A stretch of 64,000 nt of DNA. Origin: Octopus vulgaris (lineage: Eukaryota). Below, piece by piece: positions 13,723 to 26,930 of the stretch. The stretch covers positions 60,388,001 to 60,452,000 of the forward strand of contig OX597828.1 of NCBI GenBank assembly GCA_951406725.2, written 5' to 3'. The position numbers and the translations under genes are program-made. The notes beneath the pieces are model-generated. The model was not told where the DNA came from and did no database searches. It worked only from the letters and a program-made list of their open reading frames with translations. Position 1 is the stretch's first letter, and the number at the start of each line of letters is the position of its first letter.

Positions 13723-14221
13723 CGTCGTCGTCATCATCAAGAGGACCTATGGAGAGGTCATCCATTTCATGGGTTCAAGGAGTAGATTGTAAGTGTAAGC
13801 ATAAAATGTCTGAATACATATTGTATTTATTGTGTGACAGTGGAGGTGTTAAAAATAAAGAAGAAATAGGGAGAAAAATATGAAAGGAACTATCAAATTA
13901 GAGTCACAAAAAACAGTGTTCAACATCATTTTGGTCAAATGTGGGAGAGTGTTTGCGTGCACTTGTCCACACTGTTGAAGTGGATGCATAGAGTAGTTGG
14001 ATTGTTAATTGTGTGTGTGTGCATATCTTACATAGTGTCTTTTGTTTCATGCCTGTATTTGTGTATGGAGACTATGTTTCTTTGTGTATCTGGGGATGTG
14101 TTTGTTTGCGCGTGCATTAGATTCATTTGGTTTTATCATATGTACAATGTGTGCCCACGGTACTTCCAGCTTACATGTACAAATTTGGGATTTATGGTCA
14201 GATCAAGTGGTTTTTGTATTT

Positions 14222-14602
14222 TATTTTACTTGTTTCAGTCATTTGACTGCGGCCATGCTGGAACACCACTTTTTAGTCGAGTAAATTGACCCCAGGACTT
14301 ATTCTTTGTAAGCCTTGTACTTATTCTATCGGTTTCTTTTTGCCGAACTGCTAAGTTATGGGGATGTAAACACACAAGCATCACATATCAAGCGATGTGG
14401 GGGGGGGGATGACAAACACTGACACACACATATACATACGACGAGCTTCTTTTAGTTTCCGTCTACTGATCCACTCACAAGGCTTTGGTCGGCCCGAGGC
14501 TATAGCAGAAGAAACTTGCCCAAGGTGCCACGCAGTGGGACTGAACCCGGAACCATGTGGTTGGTAAGCAAGCTACTTACCACGCACCCACTCTTGTGCC
14601 TA
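14222..14602 (-). mobile_element. tRNA-type SINE (family A)
   Basis: Homologous to 59370-59780 and 42837-43200. Head gtgtggtaag...ggttcagtccc, cttgggcaag core, tail catggccgcagtcaaatgactgaaacaagtaaaa. Confidence 0.8.
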
Positions 14603-14819
14603 TGTATACATGATTGCAATCTATTTATATTTTGAAGGCATCCATGTCTTTGGTGGTGTGCATGAGGTTGGTTTGTGTTTAGTTCATCTGCATAATTGGA
14701 TGATTGTGCATGGATGTGCCCATGCTCTAGTGGACGGATGTGGAGGTAAGCTTTAGAGAGATGTTGTGTACATGCATGCACACCTACTCATATACACTCT
14801 CATGCCCCAGCACCTTTAA

Positions 14820-17015
14820 CTCCTCACGTGGCAGATTTAAAACAAAAAAAAACTATGTGAAACTAGACAAATTTTTTTCATCTGGTTGCTCAGGAAAGTA
14901 TTAGGATTTAAATATTGCATAAATTTATTTAAATATTTATGTTATCATTATCATATGAAAGCAAAAATGAGGTATCTTGTCTTCTGTAAAAAAATTAAAT
15001 AAATTGAAAAAAACTGGAAAGACTGTTTTAAATAAAAGGGATAAAATAAAAGCAAAGAGACATTACTTGCTTTACTTGTGGTACTTTTCTTTCACTACAT
15101 GGCTCCTTTGAATGAAATGCTTCAAAACATGGAGTTACACATAATGGGATTCTTTGCAAACTGGCTTTCCATTTTTTTGCATATTCCACACACTTTCTTC
15201 TTTTCTGTGAGAGGAATATCCATGGGAAAATGTCCAGATGAGTACTGAGTAGAGTGAGATGAAGATGGTCATCCAGCTTGTTGACGAGGAACATCAATGT
15301 GATTTTCTTTGAAGAGAGAATCAATAAGTTCAAGTCTGTATTTCATATGAGACATTAGTTTTGCTGTGGCGGCATTCATTTGAGTCAATGATTCTTTATA
15401 AAGTATGTATGAATTCCACACTGCCAGTCCATCATGTGAAAAAAATACCTTCTTGTACCACCTCTTTCCACGTTTTGCAGGATACAGGGTAATCAACGAA
15501 ATGTTGGCCGAGTTCGTCAACTCCACCCATAGTGAAGTTGTAATCATAAACCACTTGTGGCTTTATTATCTGTTTTCTTGGAATGCTTACATCTATCATA
15601 GATGGATTATGAATGGTAGAGATCATACTAACATCTTTTTTATCCATCACCTTTCCTTAGTGCCATCACCTTTCCTCTTTGAAAAGCACAAATTTCACCT
15701 TTTTTTTTAGCTATGTTTGCTTGATTTCTTTTGGCAAATCCTGTCTTGTGAGATGTATTGTTCACAGAAAATCTGTGTAATTAGCTACTAAAATATCTGC
15801 TAGTTGTGATTAGGCATAAAAATTGTCCACAGTTAGGCGATATCCTTTTCTCAGCAAAGTTCCACAGGATTCATCACTATTCATGGTGTCATAGTAAGTT
15901 CGTGATATTTGTTGCTAATTTGGGTTCCCTTTTCACAACAAATCATAAATGTCCACACACAGCCAGTGTCAGATTCACATAACATGAAATATTTAACTCC
16001 AAATCTATTCCTCTTCAAGAGTAAATATTGAACCCAACCCAATCTGCCTTTGTATAACATGAGGCTCTCATCAATAGAAATGTCTCATTTTGGAGTGTAC
16101 AAACGCTGGAACTACTGCTGTAGCTTAGAGTATATATTATATATTTTATGCAACTTAGGATTTGGGTGACTTGCTTTGTCATAAGAGTCATTATCAACGA
16201 AATGTAGATATTGTTTTATTTTACAAAATCGCTTTAGAGATATGACAGTTCCATAAATTGGCTGTTCAAGAAGAGGATGCTTTGACCAGTGCATTTCCAA
16301 ATCTGGTGCCTTTATAATAGCTCCTAGCATGTTCACAGCAAAAAATAAACACATTTCCCTGTCTGTAACAAGGTGCCAATTCTTATCTCTGGGTGAAGTT
16401 TGTCTCGCTGCACATAAAGTCAACTAAATCATCAAACTAAAAGGGAAAAAAACCCCAAAAAAATCCAATACATCACCCTCAATTGATATTCCTGGGTCTC
16501 CAATGAAAGGAAATGTTGGAGTAAAAGGCATAAGATTATCTCCAACAGGAAGCTGATACCGTTGCCTGGTAGCAAGCAAGGAATCCTCATTACTATCATT
16601 ATCATCATCATCTCAGAGAATAACTTCTGGATCCAGAAGAGTCAAGATTAGCAAAATCCATGTTATCAATTTCACTGTTGCTGCTCTTTTAGAAATAAAA
16701 AGCAAAAATGCAAAATCTGTCCTTGGAATAAGCGAACGTGTGTGCTAATGATGACTGACTGGTTAGTGCAATGATGTGAGATGTGAGACATGTGGCTGAA
16801 GTGAGAGCATGAATGGCATGACGCGCAACCAGGCGTATGATTACGACAAACAGATTTGTCTACGTCTGAAAAGCACTGTAGAAGAGTTGAGTTGGACGAG
16901 ATATTCTGTCGCAGCCATTATTTGAGAGAATAACTTTTGGACGAGATATTTCATCCAACTCTAAAAAAAGTCAAACATGCAAAAACAAGATATCTTGCCA
17001 TTGCCAGGCAAGGAG
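14820..17015 (-). mobile_element. Decayed piggyBac (PGBD4-like) DNA transposon
   Basis: TTAA at 14816-19 and 17016-19. Imperfect 14-bp TIRs ctcctcacgtggca / tgccaggcaaggag. Transposase fragments RFCKIKQYLHFVDN, DYNFTMGGVD, RWYKKVFF and C-terminal LCVTPCFEAFH. Confidence 0.88.
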
Positions 17016-17611
17016 TTAATGCCTGCACAATAATTTTAATCATATTAATAAACCTCAGTCCTAAATATTGCATTGGTTTGGAAAAAGAAACATAAAACAG
17101 AATAAGAGGATATCAAGTTTAATAACAAGATTAGCTGTCATGTAGATTGATGTAGAATAAATATATTTACTTTTGTACAGTAAATGCATTAAATAAAAGA
17201 GAAAGGTAAAGAGGATGAGATTCATAATGGCTATAGCCAGCATATTGTCATTGTTTTACATCAGCTTTTTATGCTGAAATGAATTGGACGGGCCATTTCT
17301 GCACTCCTCCATGCATACATACACAAACTACAACCCTCCAAATCAGGTGCAAACCCATCTACCAACACTAATTGCTTAGTACTTTGCACTAAGTACTAAG
17401 AACATGTGTGAAAGAGAAATTGACCCTCCACAATATCCAGGAAGCTTTCTAAAAAGTAGTTGGCAGCTTCTGTTACCCAGGGGATCTAATTATCAGTGGG
17501 TATCAGTGTACTGAATGCATAGTAGCCATAGTAAGAATAGACTGGTAGTATAATAATGTTATCATTAGTTGCTCCAAAAGAACCTAATTAAAATATTACT
17601 TAAGAGGGAAA

Positions 17612-17830
17612 AGGCAGTGAGCTGGCAGAGTTGTTAACACACCAGACAAAATGTTTAGTGGCATTTCATTTGTTTCTATGTTCTGAGTTCAAATTTCACC
17701 AAGGTCAACTTTGCTTTACATCCTTTTGGGAGTCAATAGAATAAGTACCAGTTGAATATTGGGGTTGGTGTATTTGACTAGCTCCAACCCCCAAATTTCA
17801 GGCCTTGTGCCTATAGTTGAAAGGATTATT
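17612..17830 (+). mobile_element. tRNA-type SINE (family B); a further copy lies at ~18441-18630
   Basis: Homology to 13177-13407. Confidence 0.75.
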
Positions 17831-18174
17831 TAACAGGAAAATATTTCAAAACTTTATGAGTGGATTTCAAAGATGGAAACAAAAAGAAGCCTGTTGAACG
17901 TGTGTGTGTGTTTGTGTACCTACATTTGTGTCTCCTTGTCCTGATATCATTGATTGTTGTAAATGACATTCAATTCCAATATTCTATAGAAAAATATTTC
18001 CTTGTTTGGAAACAGGTAACTGCTGATGACAAGAAGGGTATTTGGCTATTGAAAATTTGCCCCAATAAACTCCATCTGACCCATGCAAGCATGGAAAAGT
18101 GGACATTAAAAAGACAATAGTAAAAATTTTGCAAAGATTTTGAAGAAAGTGAAAGAATAAACCTGTAAACTTAC

Positions 18175-18357
18175 CTAAAAGTTTATCTGCCCTTAAATTT
18201 TCCATATTATTTACTAAATTCCAAGAAAGTACAACAGCCTTTTTTGATGTTGATACAAGAGTAAAATCTGCTGGAGGGAAAGTCTCATGGACTATTTCTT
18301 GAGAAACTGGGTTCACTAAATTCCTTTCAGTAATTTTACATTCAATACTTTTGGAAT
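18175..18357 (-). CDS. FN3-domain gene, internal exon (DSKSIECK...FPPADFTLVSTSKKAVVLSWNLVNNMENLRADKLL)
   Basis: tttttacttgtag acceptor, gtaagt donor, 183 nt, phase 1 to 1. Carries the FN3 N-terminal PP...V.LSW motif. Confidence 0.88.
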
Positions 18358-18660
18358 CTACAAGTAAAAAATGACTTTTTGAAATGTCAAATTCAAATCC
18401 AAATCCAACCAAATATATGAAGAATAATTTGTATAGCTTAAGGCAGCAAGATGGCAGAATCTTTAGCATGCTGAACAAAATGCTTTGTAACATTTTGTCT
18501 ATTTTTTACATTCTGAGTTCAAATTCTGCCAAGGTTGACTTTGCCTTTCATCCTTTCGGCATTGATGAAATAACTACCAGTTATTCCTCCCCATAAATTT
18601 AAGGCCTCGTGTCTATAATAGAAATGATTATCATTTAATATAGTTTATTAATGCTGCTAA

Positions 18661-19267
18661 CCTTTAGCACACTAGAATACTTTCCTCTGCCACTGTATTA
18701 TTTTTGAAGGACAAAAGATGCGAGCACCGACTGTTTTAAAATTGTTATAACTTTTGTTGTATTGTGCGTACAGACTTGATTTTTTTGTATACTAATAAAA
18801 GAAGGGATGAATGATATTTTTATGTAAAGCATTAAGGAATAAACAAAAGAGTTGCCCCTCAGAAATGTACCTCCTTGAGGCCAGTACTTTCTTTAAACTA
18901 TCCAGCTATGGATGATAATATCTACTCAGCACATCCTCATTATTACCTCGAATAAGTTCACCATCTATATCTGCCTGAGTAAATCCTTCAAAACTGTCAT
19001 CTGAGTCAGAATCAAATAAGAATCCTTCCAGAAAACCTTAAAATGCAGGAGTGGCCATTTTCGGTCAGTAAAAAACACCCAAAACTAAGTTTGATTTCAA
19101 AGCTTGATTACCTTGTGGTTAGTATATAAACAAAAGTTTAGCGTTGTTCAGAATTGAAAGTAGCCTATTTACAACTTGAAATAGCAGAAATGAAATTAGT
19201 GATGTGTTTATTTTAAGCACCCTTCTCAAGATGACAAAATGCACCTGCAGCAACAGTGTGGAGAAGG
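18661..19267. mobile_element. Possible piggyBac-type MITE
   Basis: Imperfect TIRs cctttagcacact / agtgtggagaagg, flanked by ctaa / ttaa. Confidence 0.35.
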
Positions 19268-19904
19268 TTAATTATTAATGTGGTTATAACTATATCTTTC
19301 TATGTAGTACTTGTTACAACACACAAACTTTATCTTGTATCAATTTCTCTCTACTAATTAATACGAAGTTTTTCTGCTTAGATTTACTAAAGAAAATTGC
19401 ATTTGCTGCAGTAAAAAAAAATTAAAAAAATTCTGTCTAGATTTTCTACAGAGTCAAATCTGACTACAGTTTTAAGAAATGTCTCACCAAGATGTCCAAC
19501 TAAGAGATGAGAATTCTAAGAAAACAAAAGAGCTTAAGTCTTCTTATGCTTCCATCTGCCTTACACATTCCAACATCATTTCAAAGTAGTTTCTTGTAAT
19601 ACACTTACTATGAAACTCTTATCATTACCCAACCTTGTTCAGAAAATGCATATGGAGAGCCCAATCTCCATATCCATATTCTTGTAAGTCCCATACTTAT
19701 ATACATTGATGATCCTGATCTTTTACGTGGCTCAAACAGTCACAAGGTGTGTTCCTATATTTCATGAAAACCAAAGCTACCATCAATTTGCAATTGAGAA
19801 ATTTACCCCTTACGTCACAGACTAAGAAAATAGCACTAGTCATGATGGGCTTTGTATATTTGTACTCCAGTGTCACTTTGATGGCATGCACTGCTCTCTC
19901 ACCC

Positions 19905-20810
19905 AATAATAATCCTTTCTACTACAGGTACAAGGAAGGGGCTAGTCAATTACATCAACCCTAGTCTTCAACTGGTACTTATTTTATTGACCCAAAAGGA
20001 AGAAAGGCAATGTGGAATTTGGTGGAATTTGAACTCAGAATGTGAAAACAGAAGAAATGCCACTATGCATTTTATTTGGTGTACTAACGATTCTGTCAGC
20101 TCACCACCTTAATATTAATAATAATCCTTTCTGCTAAAGGTACAAAGCTTGAAATTTTGGAGGAGGGGACTAGTCGATTACATTAACCCTAGTGTTTCAC
20201 TGGAACTTAATTTATCAACACTGAAAGGATGAAAGGCAAAGTCAACCTTAGCAGAATTTGAACTCAGAACATAGCAGCAGACAAAATATCGCTAAGCATT
20301 TCACCTGGCATGCTAACGATTCTGCCAACTCACTGCCTTACTTAATAATAATAATAATAATAATGATCCTTTCTACTATAGGTACAAGACATGAAATTTG
20401 AGGGAAGGGACTAGTCTGGTACTTATTTGATCGACCCTGGAAGGATGAAAGGCAAAGTTGACCTCAGTGGAATTTGAACTCAGGACGTAAGGGCAGACGA
20501 AATACCTATTTCTTTACTATCCACAAGGGGCTAGACACAGAAAGGTCAAACAAGGACAGACAAATGGATTAAGTCGAATACATCAACCCCAGTGCGTAAC
20601 TGGTACTTAATTTATCGACCCCGAAAGGATGAAAGGCAAAGTCGACCTCGGCGGAATTTGAACTCAGAACGTAGCGGCAGTCGAAATATTGGTAAGCATT
20701 TCGCCCGGAGTGCTAACGTTTCTACCAGCTCGCTGCCTTAAGGCAGATGAAATACCGCTAAGTATTTCTCCAAGCCTGCTAATGATTCTGCCAGTTCACT
20801 GCCTTCTTAA
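19905..20810 (-). mobile_element. Cluster of 4-5 co-oriented family-B SINE copies
   Basis: Repeated aaaggatgaaaggcaaagtcgacctcggcggaatttgaactcagaac cores at ~20000, 20230, 20445 and 20630, separated by (aat)n tails. Confidence 0.8.
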
Positions 20811-22329
20811 CAACAACAGCAACAGCAACAGCAACAACAACAACAACAGCAGCAGCAGCAGTTATTCATAGTGATTCATTAAGAAATGGAAGCAGCTAAC
20901 CATGTATGAAAAACTTGGTTGCTTCCAAGTGATTGCAAAAAAGCTTTCTTCTTCATTTTAGATAAGGGAAGGCAGAGACCAGCCAAAGGATCTACTTTGA
21001 GAATCTCTCTCCCTCTTCCTGTCAGAATAACAACTATAGAGGGACAACTGTCAATGCTGGTACCATAAAAAATATTCACAGTAGGTTGAGTAACTGTGTT
21101 AAAAACCAGTCAGTGGCTAGTTGTTGTTATTTAGCCCCAGGCCAGACCTACTAAAGCAGACAGGTCTATGATCAAAGACTATTCCAGATGTTATCACACC
21201 ATCATTATGTATAGAACAGTGTAACTGAAACAACATTATCCAATGGGTCTTTTTATATGATGGCAGTGTGTTTGAAGAAAACTTCACTGCTATTTCTAGT
21301 AGGTCCAACGACAATATAGAAGCTTCCTCATTGAATTACTGCTATCAAATAATATAATGATGTAAAAGTTGATTTATTTGGAACAATTTGAGAGACACAT
21401 GATGTATGTGTATAGGGGGGGGGGTCGTCATCAACATCATCATTTAACATCCACATTGAGCTCTAATGTTAGCTTTGGGGTAGTTTTTACAGCTGGATCC
21501 CCTTTTTAAAGCTAACTACTTAAAGGAGTGTACTGGGTGCTATATTTGTAGCACTAGTGATGTAGTTGTGTAATTTGCAACACAGAAGAAAACAAGGAAA
21601 AAGAAAAAGAAAAAGCTCCTACTGCTAAGTGGGGATTATCTGTGATGGGAAAGGTGGCTTTGCACCAAGTGTTGAAAGGCTAATGTATACTAGAGGGTCA
21701 GCACCAGCACAAATGCCTCGCTATAGAGGAGTCACTTGGATGAAGGAGATAAAAGGAAGGTGAGCGTAAGAGAGGATATGGACAGCGGGTCATGGGAGGA
21801 AAGGAGAGAATGGATATATTCATAAGGGTGTGAAGGGGGGGTAACAGATGGTTAAAGATGGGGGTAGTGATGAATATGGTGAGTAATGAAGAAGGGTGGA
21901 GGTGCAGTTGAAGGGAGACACCAGTATGGAGAGGGGGTAAGGTAAAATATATATGACTGGTTCAGGAACAGATCAGAAAGTAATAGAATGATGTGAAAGA
22001 TGCAGAAGTGACAGAGAAGGGGCATGCTGATAGATAATAGAGGGCATTGAGAAGGATAGCAGATATGTGTTAAGAATTTGCATAGCAGAAGGAAGAGAGT
22101 AGTGGCTGAGGGCATAGGAAGGAAATGATTGTAGAAATAGTGTGGGCAGAGATAATAATGAGAAATGGAAGTGGTTCTGGGAGACGGGGGTATGCAATAT
22201 CTGCTGATTCAGCTCTCAGATGATTACAACAGCCAAGTAATACCATACATAGTAGAGTGATAGGTGTTAGAAGATGTGAGTAGGGGGAAATATCAGAGAG
22301 GCAGTGGGTTTTTAGGATATCATTTTTGC

Positions 22330-23700
22330 TGTGATGGTCAGGTCTTCTTGACCACTGCAAATTGCCAATCATCTTGGTCCTTTGTCATATGCTCTGTAAG
22401 GCTCTGCATTTTGAGATCCACCTTCAATAATTTGTCCCATGTCTTCTGGGGGGGGGGGGGGGGCTCCCTTTTCCATATGTTTCATCCATATTAAGCATTT
22501 GGACTTCTTTATGGAACTGTCCTCATCCATATGCATCATATGATCAAGCCAATTCAGTCTTTTCTCTTGCACACTACATGTGATTTCTCTTATGCCCAAT
22601 TTTTCTCTCAGTACATTAGCATTTTGTCCTCCGTGCATTCTGACATTGTTCATCCAATGGAGTGTACTAGTTTCATTCGTCTCTAGTCTTGAGATGTCCT
22701 CTGAATTCAGGGCCCATGTTTCACTACCATATAGCATTGCTGTTCATACACAAGCATCATACACTCTGCCTTTCACTCATAAGGGAGACTGTTGACAACA
22801 GCGGTAATAGCTCCCAGAACTTTCTCCATCCTATTCTAGCAACTATATTATCAGAACATCCCCTTCTACTGCTAATTAGATTGCCCAGGTAATGGAAACT
22901 ATCTACAACCTCGAAGGCATTTCAGAAAATCTAATTTCCATCAGTCTTTAGGGCACCTGTGCATCTTTCACATACAAAAACTACTTTCTCTGTTAACATT
23001 GCTGTGATTCCTTTGCACTTCTTGAAGTCCATAGATTGCACTGGGTACACCAGATGGGATTCCTGCCTTCATCTTTCCTACATATTTAACAGGGCTATTT
23101 TACCTGAAGGAAGTAGAATCCTACTAGTTTTCATGCTTACTAGAATTTTGGTCTTTGCTAAGTTAATTTTAAGGCCCTTTGATTCTAGGATTTACTTCCG
23201 CACTAGGAATTTCTTTTCTAATTCTGTTACAGATTCCACTATGAAAACAAGTTTATCAAGGGGCAGCTAGTCTTGAAATTTTCTGCTCTGCCCTGGAGAA
23301 TAATGAATTGGAGGGGACTGAGAACAAGCCCTAGTGAACACCTGCCTGTACACTAAATTCACCACAGTAGTCATGGTTATGGACATGGCTTGTCTAATTC
23401 TGTTTCTAATCAGTTGGACAATAAAATCCCTATAACTTTTATGCTCTGGTCCAGCAATGTAATACCTTTGTAATACTTTTATTTATTATCTAAGCCATCT
23501 CTTTTACTGTTGTAACAGCTGACTTATAATGCTGCTACACCAGTCATTAGGGATAATACCTTTCTGAATAATCTGATTAATTATACATATGACTAGACTG
23601 GATCCTATCTGCAAAATATTCTAAGTATGTGAGTGGTAATTCCCAGTAGACCAGGGGCTTCCCTGTCTTCATATCCAAACACCCTGACTACCTCAATCAC
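22330..23700 (-). mobile_element. Decayed, internally deleted RTE LINE (same derivative as 3880-4925)
   Basis: ORF 22369-22737 MLYGSETWAL...QEKRLNWLDHM. 23380-23495 is near-identical to the reverse complement of ~3890-4006. Confidence 0.8.
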
Positions 23701-24177
23701 CTTATCTACCTATTTCTTTACCAAAAATATATGCCCACCACCTATTCATTTAGAAGAATTTGTATTTATGTTCCTTGCCACAATCAGTCTATATGAGACT
23801 CCTGTCCATTGTGCCTTTTGCACACATCTACATGTCTCTATTCAAGTATTTCAACAGTCTCACCAGACCTATTTTTCATTGTATGAACATTGATTGTAGT
23901 GGCTTAAGTTTGTGGACTTGTGAAGCATGAAAGGGTAGTCTGAGGACTGTTTTCAGTATCTGCAAGAAAGACTTTGCGGGCATATGCAGCAGGTCCTTAT
24001 GCATGTCAGTGTAAACAGATATTGACTACAACATGAAATGTGATTTCCTTCAGTTCCACAAAGCCTCCATGGATAAGCAACTACTAGTAGAGAGGTGGGT
24101 AGACAGGGATGAGAAAGGGAAATTCTTTCTTGTCAATAGGTAGCTTCTGACAGTGGAGAGGTTGTGGAGCCTACCAT

Positions 24178-24219
<42 letters not shown>

Positions 24220-24959
24220 GAAAAATAGTTTGATAAGTGCTAACACCCAAAACTCTTGGCCCTTGAATCACTCTGTTGCTTCTGCAAAATATCAATATAT
24301 ATTTATAGTGCACCTCTTTCATAATATCATTGAGAGAAATTTTTAAGCTACTTACCATTACAGACAAACAGATAGATAGCATGAATTACATACTAAAGGC
24401 ATGGAAACTTCGAAGGGAAAATTAGGGAAGTTGTGAAATGAAGTAGGGTCCCTATGATAATTACTGCCTCTACCTTGGAAATTAGCATAGCTGTTTTTTG
24501 TATCTATCTCTTAATACTGTTTATGATCTGGCAAGCATGGCAGCCATTTCTGGTGGTCAATCTCCTCTCTTCTTCCTGTTGGTGCCTTATATATAAACCC
24601 CTTTGGACATGCATTGTCCTCAAAGTTACTCTGCTTGCTCTTTCCCTTCTGTACCAGAACCTCTCTTGGAAACTCTTCCTCCTCTCAGTAATCTTTCATC
24701 TACATTACTGCAACACACATGCACCAATATGTGATTGAAGAGTACCTATCAACTAATTAATTAACCATTTTAATTTTATTAACAAAGCTTGCATAGCACT
24801 CACTTTAAGCAGATGCAGCTAGTGCAACACGTATGAATGATGATAGATTAAATGTAAAGACAACTGTTATGCCATGTCTCTTGACAAACGCTTGTTGAAA
24901 CCTTCCTTTCAAATGCAGAATGCCATCCCGCTTCTCTGTGCTCCCTCCCTCTTCCCCTT

Positions 24960-26430
24960 CACATCCCTAGAGTTGGCACTGTCAATATAGGCACAATGAA
25001 AGTTAGGTCTGGTGAGATTGTTGAAATGCTTGAATGGAGGTGTGTCCATGTAAACTGTTTTCAAGAAGTAAGGTGGTGGGGTGCTTCAGCCAGGTTCCTC
25101 AGGGATGAAAAACATAAGTGTGAAATATTCTGGGAAGGCAACAGTAATGAAGTGGGTGGTGTGGGTACAATCCTAGCTGAGAAATGGGTGGATAAAGTCA
25201 TTGAGTTAGTCAGAGTGTGTGATAGAGTACTTGGGTTTAGACTAATTTTAAAAAATAGTACAGTGACAATTATCTCTGCCTATGTTCCCCAACTGGGCCT
25301 GCCAAATGAACAAAAAGATCGTTTTTATGATATTCTTTTGCTGACCACCTCAAAAACAAACAACTGTGACCTCTTCATGGCTTGTGACTTCAATTGACAT
25401 GTTGGGCAGCTACCATGTATCTTTTGCAGTGGGCATGGTGGCCATGGAGTTGGTTCCTGGAGTTGATTCCTGTAGTAAGGTGGAAACAAGGTTTCTGGAG
25501 TTCTGTGATGTAAATAATCTTATGATCTGCAACACCAACTTTGCCAGTCACCTGATAATCTATCAATCAGGTGGCAAAGCTAGCCAAATTGACTACATTC
25601 GCACCAGAAAGTGAAGAATGTACCCCTCAATATAGGTTAGTCATTAGCGACTTTAGACTACAGGCTAGATAAATTTCAAGAAGCAGAGACTATTTTGGAA
25701 AAGAAAGTTCCGGAAGCTTAAGGATCCTTTGAATAGTCAGAGATTTAGAGACATTATAACTGAAGCATTTAATGAGAAGGAAGAGGAGTTAGAGATATGT
25801 AATGTAGAATGTAACTAGAAGTTCCTATGAGACAACTTACTGAGCTACAGACCAAATTTGTGGCTGATGCAAAGTCCCAACCAGACCTGGGGTGACATGG
25901 TGGTGGAACAGTGTAGTTGGCAAGACTATTAGAGCAAGAACTATATCAGTTAGTTAGAAGGGAAGCTGGGAGGCAGGTATACTTAACTTGGGGAGAAGCA
26001 AAAAGGAAGAAGTTTGCCAATGTTCTGAGGTGTGAGGACAAGCAGGTTGATGTGTTTCAGTTTGCAAGAGTGTGTGTCAGAGAAAACTGTGATGTTGTGT
26101 GTTTGCATGGATGATGGTTTTCTTGCAGTTGGTGACTCTGCAAAGAAAGAGGCTTGGAAGTGCCACTACGAAAGGCAGATAAATGTAGACCTAACAGAGG
26201 GACCAGCTATATAAATAGACAGTAACATGGTAGATGAAGCTATGAAGAATATGAAGACAGAGAAAGCCCCTGGCCTATCAAGAATCACCACATCTGGTGG
26301 AGTGGGATATGGTCTAGTTATTGTATAGTTAATCAGGCTTGAAAGGAATGAAGCTAGTATGCTCCATTGGATGTGCAATGTCAGTGTGCATGTATCACTG
26401 ACTGTGAGTGTCTCAAAAGAAAAACTGGGT
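24960..26430 (+). mobile_element. Decayed RTE LINE (APE endonuclease and linker, RT largely deleted)
   Basis: FQEVRW, GGVG, IISAYVPQ, ACDFN, CNTNF, SQIDYI and KAPG motifs. Confidence 0.85.
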
Positions 26431-26858
26431 ATAATGATGATGATGATGGTGATGTGAAATGTGAAACAATGAAGGAAGTCACTTATTAGAACATGAGGGT
26501 GAGAAAGGGAGAAGAACAGAGAGAAGAGAAGAGAGAAACTTCAGTTAACTGAAAACTGAGAGATCAGTATACCTGGTTTGGCTGCCACAAAAAAAAAATG
26601 AAGTACATGTTTCATAATATCCTGATGCAAAAGAATATGAGAATTGACAGAAGAACCATTTACTTTACTACAATTAAGAAAGATCAATAAATGCACAGAC
26701 AAATACAAGCATAACTGAAATTGGGAGGCACCCATTTTATAATACATATATTACAAGTGTAATATACACATACAAAGTGCTCCATAATTGCCCTGAATGT
26801 ATCTTTTCTGTCTCATGATATAAATTACAATGCATATTAAAGTCAACTCTGATCATAC

Positions 26859-26930
26859 CCCAAACACCATCATTAATTTCTTTTCTAGAACAAAGAGCTG
26901 CATTGTTTTCCAAGAACATCTTTGGTGAAT
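26859..26930 (-). CDS. FN3-domain gene, internal exon (DSPKMFLENNAALCSRKEINDGVW)
   Basis: Long pyrimidine tract plus ttatcag acceptor, gtatga donor, 72 nt, phase 1 to 1. Confidence 0.75.
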
